Origin: Rikenellaceae bacterium
GTDB lineage: Bacteria; Bacteroidota; Bacteroidia; Bacteroidales; Rikenellaceae
Length of the DNA: 64,000 bases
Assembly: GCA_044433515.1 (NCBI GenBank)
Contig: JAWXTN010000001.1
Location: forward strand, 45,280-109,279
Reading direction: 5' to 3'
Part shown: positions 9,669-19,518 of the stretch, piece after piece
Layout: the number at the start of each line of letters is the position of its first letter
Position numbering within the stretch: the stretch's first letter is position 1
Notes under the pieces: generated by a model
What the model was told of the DNA's origin: nothing
Database searches by the model: none
Seen by the model: the letters and a program-made list of their open reading frames with translations, nothing else
Position numbers and translations under genes: made by a program

Positions 9669-9864
9669 ATAATATTTTCTTTAGCTTTTTCCGCATATAA
9701 GGAACAGCCACAAAGTTATACTCTTAGCCCCACAGCTAAGGGTTTGCCTATAAACCCATAAAAAGGGTTCACAAAGATACAAAAAAAGGTAGAGAAATAC
9801 ATTCTCTACCTTCTATTATTTTTTTACTGGAGTCACAAGACCCCTCAAAAACCTAGCACTAAAA

Positions 9865-10560
9865 CTATTTAGCTGGCTCTGCTACTCTTACGATTTCAAC
9901 CTCGAATTTCAAAGCTTGTTTTGGGCCGATGTTTCCACCACCTTTTTCGCCATAAGCGATTTCGTAAGGCAAGTGAAGAGTTGCTTTACCACCTTCGCCA
10001 AGCATAGCTACACCTTCAGTGAAACCAGGAATCATAGCCGTAGGAGTGCAAGTATATTTCATTGCTCTACCATTGTCTTTGCTAGATTGAAGAACCTTAC
10101 CAGAAGCGTCGATAAGAGTATAGTGAAGTTCAACAGTGTCGCCGTCAGCGATTTTGTGTTCAGCACCTGCGTCTTCGATTTTGTAGATAAGACCACTTTC
10201 AGTTACCTGTGCGCCTTCTTCCTTCGCTGCATTAGCTAGGAATGCAGAAGACAATTTTTCATTTTCAGCAGCTGCTTTAGCTGGCTTGATAACCATAAAG
10301 TAGTTTTGAAGGAATGCTTGAACATCCTTCTCGTCCATTGTAGCGTTTTTAGTGAAAGCGTCGATAAGACCTTTACAAACTAGCTCATAGTTCAATGTTG
10401 AGTCTACGTTATTGAATAGCGAGTTTCCAACGTCAACACCAAGAGCATAAGCTACTGAGTCTTCTTGAGTTTCAACTTTTCCGCCACCGATTGAGCCGCA
10501 AGAAGTAGCTAGAAGAGCACTAGCAGCCGCAAAGATAAAAAGTGTTTTTTTCATAATCAA
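9865..10560 (-). CDS. FKBP-type peptidyl-prolyl isomerase (FkpA/Mip-like lipoprotein)
   Basis: SVAYALG N-domain, TESGLIY, IPGFTEG, IAYG, LKFEVE. Confidence 0.9.
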   Translation of the reverse strand: MIMKKTLFIFAAASALLATSCGSIGGGKVETQEDSVAYALGVDVGNSLFNNVDSTLNYELVCKGLIDAFTKNATMDEKDVQAFLQNYFMVIKPAKAAAENEKLSSAFLANAAKEEGAQVTESGLIYKIEDAGAEHKIADGDTVELHYTLIDASGKVLQSSKDNGRAMKYTCTPTAMIPGFTEGVAMLGEGGKATLHLPYEIAYGEKGGGNIGPKQALKFEVEIVRVAEPAK

Positions 10561-10894
10561 AGATTTAAAGTTTTTTTAAGTGTATTTATAAAAGTGATTT
10601 CTTCGTTTAAAGCCTTATGAGTGGCAAATATATAACTATTTTTAGACTACGCCAAACTTTTTTACTTCAAAATTATTAGCTCCACAACTATTCTCTTGAC
10701 AACAATAACCGAATTGCGGTAAATAATCCCTTTCTAGGAATAAAAATCTGGCAATAAACTGGCAATAAAAAAGAGAGACTTATCTTTAAAAAACATAAAG
10801 CAAATCTCTCTTTTAATTCATAAGAGCATCGTCCAAGTCGTTCTCTATTTCATAGGGAAAAAGTTTTCTCCCCTAGCGCTACTCTTTTTGAGAA

Positions 10895-10936
10895 TATACT
10901 AGCCTATACTAGCCTATACTAGCCTATACTAGCCTA
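10895..10936. repeat. 10-bp tandem repeat (TATACTAGCC)x4 overlapping the stop codon of the S24/HTH gene
   Basis: Read directly from the sequence. Confidence 0.95.
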
Positions 10937-11558
10937 GTGTCGAGACTACCGCCTTAATAGCGTAAATATTCTCAATCACCTCTTTAGCGATAGTTACCTC
11001 ATCAAAATCCTGCGTGTTTTTAGGTTGAAGAAGCAGCTTATTAGAATCATCTGCAATTTTTCTAACTATTCTCACCGTTGAGTAATCTTTTGTTACAATT
11101 AGGTATGGCATACCAGGAAGAAGTGTCTCTACCTCAATCTTTTTCAGCACAATTGTAGCTCCACTAGGGATATCAGGCGACATAGAGCCACCAGAGAATT
11201 GCACTGCGAAGTCAGCAACAATCGGAAGGCTGATATTATACAAAGGCGTTTTTCTTTCTGCTTCAATTTCAGAAAGGTGAGTAGCGTCAACATTAAAGAA
11301 TGGGATAACCATATTAGGATCTATGCCCGCTGCGCTAGCTCCGACCATCATCTCTCCATCACCAGTAAGCAACCACGAGCGATTAATCTGCGGATATTTA
11401 GTTGTAATAAGGCTAGACAATTCCTTACTTACTCCAAACGAGCCACGTTTAATCTGATACAGGTTTTCAGATCTCTTCAAACCGATAATGCCTGCAAACT
11501 TATTCGTACTGTAGCCACTCCACTTAATTACTTGTTCCAATCTTTGCCAAGGTGTCAT
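10929..11558 (-). CDS. CI/LexA-like transcriptional regulator (HTH plus S24 domain)
   Basis: N-terminal HTH ending WLLTGDGEM; S24 segment GGSMSPDIPSG..LLQPKN. Confidence 0.8.
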   Translation of the reverse strand: MTPWQRLEQVIKWSGYSTNKFAGIIGLKRSENLYQIKRGSFGVSKELSSLITTKYPQINRSWLLTGDGEMMVGASAAGIDPNMVIPFFNVDATHLSEIEAERKTPLYNISLPIVADFAVQFSGGSMSPDIPSGATIVLKKIEVETLLPGMPYLIVTKDYSTVRIVRKIADDSNKLLLQPKNTQDFDEVTIAKEVIENIYAIKAVVSTLG

Positions 11559-11842
11559 TTTTTCGAAATTTTTAATTATTTTTATAATACTAAATTATTA
11601 CTAAGTCTACTCTAACTATCGAATTTAAGTACGATAACCAGTCAAACTTTTCACAAAGATACACTTTTTAGTTATCTTTTCAACTGCAACTCACAAAAAA
11701 CATACCTTTTTCCCTACTTTATTCGTTTTGTAACTAAAAGTAATTTTTATATCAGAAAAATTTACATTAATTTTGTCTGTTGTAATCTTACTTTATAACG
11801 ACACAACAACGGAAAATATTTTAACACAATAGCAAAAAAATT

Positions 11843-12829
11843 ATGAACACATTCAACCTTACAACCTCATACCTAGGGCTTAGCCTTAAAAATCCTTTCA
11901 TTGTAAGTTCTTCGGGACTGACATCGACCTTCAAAAAAGTTAAAGCTTGTGAAGAAGCAGGAGCAGGAGCTGTTGTTCTAAAATCTATCTTCGAAGAACA
12001 AATTTCTGCCCAAAGCGCACAAATGCAACAATATAACGATTACCCCGAAGCAGCTGACTATCTAAGCGGTTATATGGAGCAAAATGCCCTTAACGAATAT
12101 ATAACCCTTATAAAGGAGTGTGCCGAAAATTGCGAAATTCCGATTATAGCATCAATCAACTGCTCGACTAGCGGCAGCTGGGTAAGCTACGCTCAAGAAT
12201 TCGAAAGAGCAGGCGCAGCAGCCATAGAGCTAAATATTTTCGCACTAGCGGCATCACCTTCGACTACCAGCGCAGAGATTGAGGCTCACTATCTTTCAAT
12301 AGTAGAGGCTGTAAAGAAAGTTGTCAATATCCCTATTGCAGTTAAAATCCCTGCTACATTTTCTGCACCAGTAAATATGGTACAACAACTTTACTTCCGT
12401 GCGATTAAAGGTGTAACAATGTTCAATAGATTCTACACACCAGACATTGACCTAAAGAAACTATCAGTTATATCGTCGGGCGTATTTAGCGCACCAGAGG
12501 AACTTAACTCAACCCTCCGTTGGATTGCCCTAGCATCTACTGGTGTACCTATCATAGACATCGCAGCATCGACTGGCATCCACACTTGGCAAGGAGCAGC
12601 CAAAGCATTCCTGTGCGGAGCACGTGTAGTTCAGCTATGCACAACACTCTACAAGAACGGCATCGACACTCTCCCTACAATCATCAAAGATTTCAAAGAG
12701 TGGGCACAAAGCGAAGGCTTCCTTTCAATGCAAGACATACAGGGCAAGCTAAACACTAAAAACGAACAGAACGCCGAAATTCACGAAAGAGCACAGTTTA
12801 TGCGCTACTTCTCTACTTTCGAAGAGTAA
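11843..12829 (+). CDS. Dihydroorotate dehydrogenase-like flavoprotein
   Basis: YLGLSLKNPFIVSS, GAVVLKSIFEEQ, IELNI, MFNRFY, GARVVQLCT. Confidence 0.85.
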   Translation: MNTFNLTTSYLGLSLKNPFIVSSSGLTSTFKKVKACEEAGAGAVVLKSIFEEQISAQSAQMQQYNDYPEAADYLSGYMEQNALNEYITLIKECAENCEIPIIASINCSTSGSWVSYAQEFERAGAAAIELNIFALAASPSTTSAEIEAHYLSIVEAVKKVVNIPIAVKIPATFSAPVNMVQQLYFRAIKGVTMFNRFYTPDIDLKKLSVISSGVFSAPEELNSTLRWIALASTGVPIIDIAASTGIHTWQGAAKAFLCGARVVQLCTTLYKNGIDTLPTIIKDFKEWAQSEGFLSMQDIQGKLNTKNEQNAEIHERAQFMRYFSTFEE

Positions 12830-12890
12830 GCCCTTCTAAAGACATAAAGAAGATTCATCACAGCCTACCATAGCTGTTTTAAGCCACCAC

Positions 12891-12927
12891 AAAGGGGAGC
12901 ATTACTTTTAGAGTAACGTTCCCCTTT
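12891..12927. terminator. Bidirectional terminator hairpin (GGGGA...CCCC stem)
   Basis: aaaggggagcattact / agtaacgttccccttt between convergent genes. Confidence 0.6.
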
Positions 12928-12934
12928 CCCTTAA

Positions 12935-13095
12935 AGGGAGTTCTAAAAATTCCCTAAAATACTTTTCGAAAATTTCTCACCCTCTTCCGACTTTCCCAAA
13001 AAGTCAAGTAGGAGCCACTACGAGCCATTTTGGAAAAGTCGAAAGAAGATAAAAACTTTTTAAAAATTAAAAATAGGGAATTATTAGAACTCCCC
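12935..13095. mobile_element. MITE copy A (161 bp), TTAA target duplication
   Basis: TIRs AGGGAGTTCTAAAAATTCCCT / AGGGAATTATTAGAACTCCCC; TTAA at 12931-34 and 13096-99; homologous in inverted orientation to about 23610-23714. Confidence 0.85.
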
Positions 13096-13130
13096 TTAAC
13101 TTATAAGAGACTCTTTAAAGCTCCCCAATA

Positions 13131-14336
13131 TTATTTGTCGAAAAATTTCACATCTTTAATCTCATCGGGAAGATACTGCTGCTCCACCACTGAGTTTGGG
13201 TAGTCGTGAGGATAAAGATATCCCACACCATAGCCCTCCTCCTTCATAAGTTTAGTAGGAGCATTACGTATATGCAGCGGTACGGGACGATAGCCGTCTT
13301 TTGCGACAAATTCCAGCGCACAATTAATGGCTTTATAGGCTTTATTATCTTTTGGGCTCTTCGCCAAATATATAGTACATTCAGCTAGCGGTATGCGAGC
13401 CTCAGGCATCCCAAGGTTATGAACTGCCTCAAAGGTAGCATTAGCCAATAATAAAGCATTAGGATTTGACAACCCCACATCCTCAGCCGCCAATATCAAA
13501 AGTCTACGAGCTATAAATCTAGGTTCTTCGCCCCCTGCCAACATTCTAGCGAGGTAATAGATAGCTGCATCGACATCACTTCCCCTCACCGATTTTATAA
13601 ACGCAGAGATTGTGTCATAGTGTTGTTCGCCTCCTTTGTCATATTGCGCCACATTTTGCTGCAACGCCATCCCTACGTTCTTATCGTCAATAACAATAGT
13701 GGAAGTTGTAGTAGAGCTAAGGGTGTCTAGTATATTTAACATTTTACGAGCATCGCCTCCAGAGAAGGCAAAGAGTGCTTTAGTTTCTTTTATTTTAACC
13801 CTTCTCTCCTTCAAGAACACATCTGTTGCGATAGCTCTTTTAAGGAGTGTATCGAGGTCGCTATCCTCCAACGACTTTAGCGTATAGACATTACAGCGAG
13901 AAAGAAGCGGACGAATAACCTCGAATGAAGGGTTTTCAGTAGTAGCCCCTATAAGGACAATTGTCCCCTGCTCCACGGCTGCGAGTAGTGAATCCTGCTG
14001 ACTCTTATTAAAGCGGTGAATCTCGTCAATAAAGAGCACAGGCGAGAGTCCACCCGATAGAAATCTAGAGCTTTTTGCACGTTCCAATATCTCACGCACC
14101 TCCTTCACCCCTGAGTTCACAGCCGAAAGGGTAAAGAATTCACGCTTGACTGCCCCCGAAATAATCGTTGCCAAAGTTGTTTTACCCACCCCTGGAGGTC
14201 CCCACAAAATCATAGAAGGCAGCACGCCACTATTAATAAATCGCAGCAAAACCTCAACAACTCCACTCTGCCCCACATACTCTTCTAGCGAGGTAGGGCG
14301 CATTCTTTGAGCCAGTGGACTAAAACTATCTTTCAT
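13131..14336 (-). CDS. rarA: Replication-associated recombination protein A (RarA/MgsA)
   Basis: LAQRMRP, WGPPGVGKTT, FIDEIHRF, GATTENPSF, KSVRGSD. Start moved to ATG 14336 because the ORF-track extension overlaps the divergent gene. Confidence 0.93.
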   Translation of the reverse strand: MKDSFSPLAQRMRPTSLEEYVGQSGVVEVLLRFINSGVLPSMILWGPPGVGKTTLATIISGAVKREFFTLSAVNSGVKEVREILERAKSSRFLSGGLSPVLFIDEIHRFNKSQQDSLLAAVEQGTIVLIGATTENPSFEVIRPLLSRCNVYTLKSLEDSDLDTLLKRAIATDVFLKERRVKIKETKALFAFSGGDARKMLNILDTLSSTTTSTIVIDDKNVGMALQQNVAQYDKGGEQHYDTISAFIKSVRGSDVDAAIYYLARMLAGGEEPRFIARRLLILAAEDVGLSNPNALLLANATFEAVHNLGMPEARIPLAECTIYLAKSPKDNKAYKAINCALEFVAKDGYRPVPLHIRNAPTKLMKEEGYGVGYLYPHDYPNSVVEQQYLPDEIKDVKFFDK

Positions 14337-14430
14337 ATATCTATACTTTAATATCTCTTTTATGGGAGCTTCCCTTAAAAATCTTTTTTGCAAAAGTATA
14401 GAAAATTTAATACTTTTGCTAACCGAAATT

Positions 14431-16770
14431 ATGAAAAAAACATCACTACTACTTCTCACGCTAATTTTTCTTGCGGCAAAGACAACCTTTGCAGCTAGCC
14501 CTACCCCATCCGAAATAAAGGCTACTGAAAACAAAATAGTAAATACACTAGGCACATACCCTACCCTTTTCGAAGAGTACAAAAGCCAGGAAGACCGCAA
14601 GGTTAAACTCGACAAAGTAAAGATAGACTACGCCAAAGGGGTAATAAATCTATACTTCTCATTTCGACTCTATGAGCTTCCCATACGAGAGGCACTTATC
14701 GAGGAGTGGGAGACTGCGCTTTTTAGCCAAATAGAGAGCTATATCCCGAAGCAGTACTCATCCTTCGAGCTACAACTTTGGGCAGTAGACACCCCTCTAG
14801 AGAGCTATATTCCGAACCTCTATCGTAGCACCACAAAGGTGGACGAGAGTCGCAAGGGCAAAATTCAAGAAGAAACCCCTCTGACTTTTAATCCCTCAAA
14901 GGGGCTATACTCCAAGGGGCTTTCTAGTCGAAGCATTGCTCTATGGCCAAGCCACGGCTATGTATATGAGACTCGTGACGAAAAGCCTTCGTGGCAGTTC
15001 CAACGCCCTGCCCTATTTCGCACAATCGAAGATTTAAACACCTTTCAATACTGCTATAACTACATAATCCCTATGCTCGAAAATGCAGGGGCAGTTGTAG
15101 TATCTCCCCGTGAGCGTTCCCCACAGACCCTAGAGGTTGTCATAGATAACGATATGGCAGACAAAAGTCTATCCCCTACAACAATAGGCGGAGAGTGGAG
15201 TAAAAAAAATGGAGGCTATCGCCACATAGAGACACTCACTGACGAGAACCCTCATACCCTTGGCACATACCTTACTTCGTCAGGCACTGCGGAAGTAGAG
15301 TTCAAAGCAACACTTCCCTCTAGCGGACGTTATGGGGTAACTATTAGCTACAAGAGCCTTACTGGCAGCAGCAAAAGAGTAGAGGCAGTAATCACCCACA
15401 CACAAGGAGAGAGCATAGTGGAGATTAACCAGCAGATGGGAGGCAGCAGTTGGGTATATCTCGGCGAGTGGGATTTTGGCACTACGGCAACTCTTACACT
15501 CAGAGGCACAGACTCTGGGATTATCACAGCAGATGCCGTTCGCTTCGGTGGGGGTATGGGCTCAGTTACACGTGGCGGCTCAAAAAGCGGCAAGGCTCGT
15601 TGGGCTGAGGCTGCACGCTATTATATGCAGTATAGCGGTGTCGACCCGTCGGTATATACAGTTGGAGAAATAGAGTCAAAAAAAGACCCTCGCCGCAAGA
15701 AATCCACTCCCGACAAGCTCGATTATATCGACGATTACAAAGGTCGTGGCAATTGGGTAAATTACCTCCGCCAGGAGAAGAACATCCCTATTGACCTATC
15801 GCTAGGCGTACACACTGACGCAGGCATAGCAGACTCAATCTACGGCACTCTAACGATACATTACAGTAACAAACGCAAGGGCAAACTATGGGATAAGAGT
15901 TCGAAACTAGCCTCTAGAGACCTAGCCGATATTATTCAAAGCGAGGTGTGCCGCCACATCGAAAATAACATCACAAGCGACTGGACACGTCGGGCACTCT
16001 TCGATAGAGAATACGCCGAGGTTTCACGCCCCGAAGTCCCTTCTCTAATCCTTGAGATGTTCTCGCACCAGAACAGTATAGATATGCAATTTGGCACGTC
16101 GCCACGTTTCCGCTTCCAGATGGCTCGTGCCATATATGTCGGCATTCTAAAATTCTTAAGCGATAGGTACAACACCGACTATGTTGTACAGCCCCTCCCT
16201 CTTAAGAGTTTCGATATGGAGATGCGTGGACGTGACTCTATACGCCTGAGCTGGGAAGATAACACAGACAATCTCGAACCTACTGCAACACCTACACACT
16301 ACGTCCTCTATACACGCCTAGGCGAAGGCACAGGCTTTGACAATGGCACAGTTATCTACGGCACACACATAGATTTACCTATTGAGCGTGACGGCACAGT
16401 GCGCAGTTACAGAGTAGCGGCACGCAACGACGGAGGCGAGAGCTTCCCTAGCGAAACTCTCTCTTGCGGATTTAGTCCAGAGGCATCCTCTATCCCAGTG
16501 ATACAAGTAAAGAACAATTGCAAAAGGTTCTCAACAAATACCGCCTACCTGTGGGATTATAGCTACTGTGGGGAAATAACCGATAAAAATAAGCACTCAG
16601 AATTTGTAGATAACGAGAACCCAGGATATGGCGGCTCATCGAAAGAATTTGCAGGCTTTGGGCGCAGTGCAGAGACCCTTGACAACACTATGACAAAAGG
16701 CTCAGAAATCCTAAGGAATAAAGGTAACTACATAAGCCGTGGCAGCGGACGCAACCATTGGATACTCTAG
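14431..16770 (+). CDS. Secreted amidase_3-like/golvesin(CBM-like)/Fn3 protein (Bacteroidales family often labelled xanthan lyase)
   Basis: Signal peptide from ATG 14431; IALWPSHG, PMLENAGA, ADAVRFGGG, HTDAG, Fn3 YRVAARNDGGESFPSE. Confidence 0.75.
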   Translation: MKKTSLLLLTLIFLAAKTTFAASPTPSEIKATENKIVNTLGTYPTLFEEYKSQEDRKVKLDKVKIDYAKGVINLYFSFRLYELPIREALIEEWETALFSQIESYIPKQYSSFELQLWAVDTPLESYIPNLYRSTTKVDESRKGKIQEETPLTFNPSKGLYSKGLSSRSIALWPSHGYVYETRDEKPSWQFQRPALFRTIEDLNTFQYCYNYIIPMLENAGAVVVSPRERSPQTLEVVIDNDMADKSLSPTTIGGEWSKKNGGYRHIETLTDENPHTLGTYLTSSGTAEVEFKATLPSSGRYGVTISYKSLTGSSKRVEAVITHTQGESIVEINQQMGGSSWVYLGEWDFGTTATLTLRGTDSGIITADAVRFGGGMGSVTRGGSKSGKARWAEAARYYMQYSGVDPSVYTVGEIESKKDPRRKKSTPDKLDYIDDYKGRGNWVNYLRQEKNIPIDLSLGVHTDAGIADSIYGTLTIHYSNKRKGKLWDKSSKLASRDLADIIQSEVCRHIENNITSDWTRRALFDREYAEVSRPEVPSLILEMFSHQNSIDMQFGTSPRFRFQMARAIYVGILKFLSDRYNTDYVVQPLPLKSFDMEMRGRDSIRLSWEDNTDNLEPTATPTHYVLYTRLGEGTGFDNGTVIYGTHIDLPIERDGTVRSYRVAARNDGGESFPSETLSCGFSPEASSIPVIQVKNNCKRFSTNTAYLWDYSYCGEITDKNKHSEFVDNENPGYGGSSKEFAGFGRSAETLDNTMTKGSEILRNKGNYISRGSGRNHWIL

Positions 16771-16964
16771 TGAGAGAGTTCGCCAAAGGTAACTTTTGTC
16801 TTGCACAAGCCAAAAAAATTCATTACCTTTGCTGAGTGATTCACTGAGAGATGTTTTTTAGAACTCCCGACAAAAAGACCTTTTTTTTAAATCCCACAAG
16901 ACAAAGACAAGACAATTTTTTTAAGCATATATATACATTTTTTAAGCTACAAACGAACGAATCT

Positions 16965-17402
16965 ATGAAAAAAGCAGAAATCAAAACCGAAAAGGGCACA
17001 ATGATAGTTGAGCTTTACGAAAAGGAGACACCTATTACTGTTGAGAACTTCGTAAAACTTTCAGAGAGTGGATTTTACAATGGTCTAACTTTTCACCGTG
17101 TAATTCCTGACTTTGTAATTCAGGGCGGCTGCCCTAACGGCATTGGCACTGGCGGCCCAGGCTGGACAATCCCTTGCGAAACTGGCGCAGAACGTCAACA
17201 TCACGACCGTGGTGTACTTTCAATGGCGCACGCAGGACGTAACACAGGTGGCTCGCAATTCTTTATTTGCCACAGCCGCAATAACACATCTCACCTTGAC
17301 GGTGTACACACCTGCTTTGGTCGAGTTATCGAGGGCATAGATGTTATTGACGACATCCGTATGGGTGACAGAATCGAGAGCATAACTATTTCAGAGGAGT
17401 AA
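16965..17402 (+). CDS. ppiB: Cyclophilin-type peptidyl-prolyl isomerase
   Basis: [39 protein letters not shown]; start reassigned to MKKAEI. Confidence 0.9.
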   Translation: MKKAEIKTEKGTMIVELYEKETPITVENFVKLSESGFYNGLTFHRVIPDFVIQGGCPNGIGTGGPGWTIPCETGAERQHHDRGVLSMAHAGRNTGGSQFFICHSRNNTSHLDGVHTCFGRVIEGIDVIDDIRMGDRIESITISEE

Positions 17403-17512
17403 TCTAACAATTAGCGCAACCCAAAGAAAAGCGTTAAGACAAAGAGAACATCTGAGACACAAAAAAAAGAAACAATTAACTAATTTTATAATACTAAACG
17501 AATTTTATCACA

Positions 17513-17959
17513 ATGGATTTTGAAGCAATTGTACACTTGGTACTTCCTGCGGTAACAGGCGAAGGCGCACGTGGTCAATGGACTAAACAAGAAGTTATTT
17601 TTGAAGTAGCAAACAACGAATACGGACGTAAGATATGTGTCGGTTTTTGGAATGACAAAGCAGCCTCTGCTGCCGCTCTTAGAGTAGGCGAGAGAGTTAT
17701 GGTAAGTGTAAACATCGAGAGCCGTGAGCGCAATGGCAGATGGTTCACAGAAGCACGTGGATGGAAGTTCACGATTTTGAACCCTAATGCAGCTGCGCCA
17801 GCACCACAGCCATACGCACAACCACAATACGGTCAACAGACATACGGACAGCAACAGCCATACGCACAGCCACAACAGCAGCCATACGCACAACCAGCGC
17901 CACAGCCAGCTGCCGAACCTGCCGCTGCACCATCAATGGTTGACGACCTACCGTTCTAA
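17513..17959 (+). CDS. DUF3127 OB-fold protein with SSB-like acidic tail
   Basis: GQWTKQEV, NIESRERNGRWFT..WK; Q/P-rich linker; C-terminal DDLPF. Confidence 0.85.
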   Translation: MDFEAIVHLVLPAVTGEGARGQWTKQEVIFEVANNEYGRKICVGFWNDKAASAAALRVGERVMVSVNIESRERNGRWFTEARGWKFTILNPNAAAPAPQPYAQPQYGQQTYGQQQPYAQPQQQPYAQPAPQPAAEPAAAPSMVDDLPF

Positions 17960-18000
17960 ATCTATCACTGAAAAGTTATAGAACAAATTTTATCGTAATA

Positions 18001-18038
18001 GAGAGGGGAGAATCCGCAATGATTCTCCCCTCTCTTTT
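18001..18038. terminator. Terminator hairpin between convergent genes
   Basis: gagaggggagaatc / gattctcccctctc perfect stem followed by T tail. Confidence 0.8.
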
Positions 18039-18188
18039 GTCATATCCACACAAAGCCTCAGAGTTATATTTTTTCATTGAATCTAAACCCAAAGTATAGA
18101 AACAACAAATAATTTACTGTTATCCGACCCCTCGAAGCATAAAGATGGAGTTATAAAGCTCAAGGGGCATCTACTGACGAGCTAAAAG

Positions 18189-19403
18189 TTACTCGAACAG
18201 TGGTAGAGCATCGGCTACGGTGAAGGTGCTGCCGCCTATGAAGATTATATCGCTAGGGTGTTGTGCTAGCTCTTTTGCTCGCTTCACTGCTAGAGGCACA
18301 TTTGAGCAGAGTTCGCCTGAGAGTCCGCCTTTTTGCGCCCTTGTTTGTAGCTCTGCGGCAGCCATCGCACGTGGTATATCTGCTTCTGTAAAGAGATAGT
18401 AGGCAACGGAAGGGAGTAGAGGTAATACCGACTCTAAATCTTTGTCTGAGACAACTCCTAGTACAAAATATATCTTTGCCCCACGCTCCCTCTGTGTCTT
18501 TAAAAGCTGCTCGCCTACAAGTCTTAGTCCATCCTCATTATGACCCGTATCACAAATCACTAGTGGATTCTCTTCTAAGGTTTCCCATCTGCCTCGAACC
18601 CTTGCTCTCTGTATGCCTATTCGCTTGGCAGCCTCACTAATACCCAATTGTCCCATTGCAATGTATGCTGTCTGGGCATTATATCTTTGGCACAGCCCAC
18701 TCATAGCAGAATCAAATCGTATAGAGGGCTCTTTATCGGCAAAGGTCAGATAGCTGTTTAAAAAAGATGCCTTCTCTATAAACACAGAATCATACCTCTC
18801 GTCGCTCTGCCCCACCACAACTGGCACACCTCTCTTTATAATCCCTGCCTTTTCCCCTGCAATCTTCTCTAGGGTATCTCCGAGAAATTGGGTATGGTCC
18901 TTCGATATATTTGTTATAACACTCACCTCTGGCGTTACAATATTCGTAGAATCGAGCCTTCCGCCCATACCGACCTCCACAACTGCATAATCGACACCAC
19001 ACTTTTTAAACCACCAAAAAGCCATAGCTACGGTCATTTCAAAGAACGAAGGCTTTAGTTCCTCGATAATGCCACGATTCTGAGCCACAAAGTCAACAAC
19101 TCCACTCTCTGAAATCATTTGATTGTCCACCACTATTCGCTCCCTAAAAGAGACCAAATGCGGTGAGGTATAAAGCCCGACACTATACCCCTCTGCCCTC
19201 AGCGATTCATAAATCATCTGCGAGGTTGAGCCCTTACCATTAGTCCCTGCAATGTGCACAGTCTTGTAGGCTTTATGCGGTGAGCCAAAGTGTTTATCGA
19301 GGGCAAGTGTTGTTTCGAGTCCAGCCTTATAGGCAGCCGCCCCTATGCGTTGGAACTGCGGCAATGAATTATATAGAAAGTCGAGTGTCTGAGAGTAGTC
19401 CAT
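18189..19403 (-). CDS. folC: Folylpolyglutamate synthase/dihydrofolate synthase
   Basis: HIAGTNGKGST, YTSPHL, EVGMGGRLDSTN, DTGHN. Confidence 0.95.
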   Translation of the reverse strand: MDYSQTLDFLYNSLPQFQRIGAAAYKAGLETTLALDKHFGSPHKAYKTVHIAGTNGKGSTSQMIYESLRAEGYSVGLYTSPHLVSFRERIVVDNQMISESGVVDFVAQNRGIIEELKPSFFEMTVAMAFWWFKKCGVDYAVVEVGMGGRLDSTNIVTPEVSVITNISKDHTQFLGDTLEKIAGEKAGIIKRGVPVVVGQSDERYDSVFIEKASFLNSYLTFADKEPSIRFDSAMSGLCQRYNAQTAYIAMGQLGISEAAKRIGIQRARVRGRWETLEENPLVICDTGHNEDGLRLVGEQLLKTQRERGAKIYFVLGVVSDKDLESVLPLLPSVAYYLFTEADIPRAMAAAELQTRAQKGGLSGELCSNVPLAVKRAKELAQHPSDIIFIGGSTFTVADALPLFE

Positions 19404-19518
19404 ATTTATAAAGTTTTAAGGGGAGTTCTAGAACTCGCCTCTAATTTTCAAAAAATAAATTTACTACAAAATTACGATAAAAACACTATCTTTGTAGAAA
19501 GAAATTACAAAGATTTTA

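Noticed and set aside
14337-14615. N-terminal extension of RarA in the ORF track (494 aa)
   Set aside because: It overlaps the divergent secreted-protein gene, and homology starts at MKDSFSPLAQRMRP.
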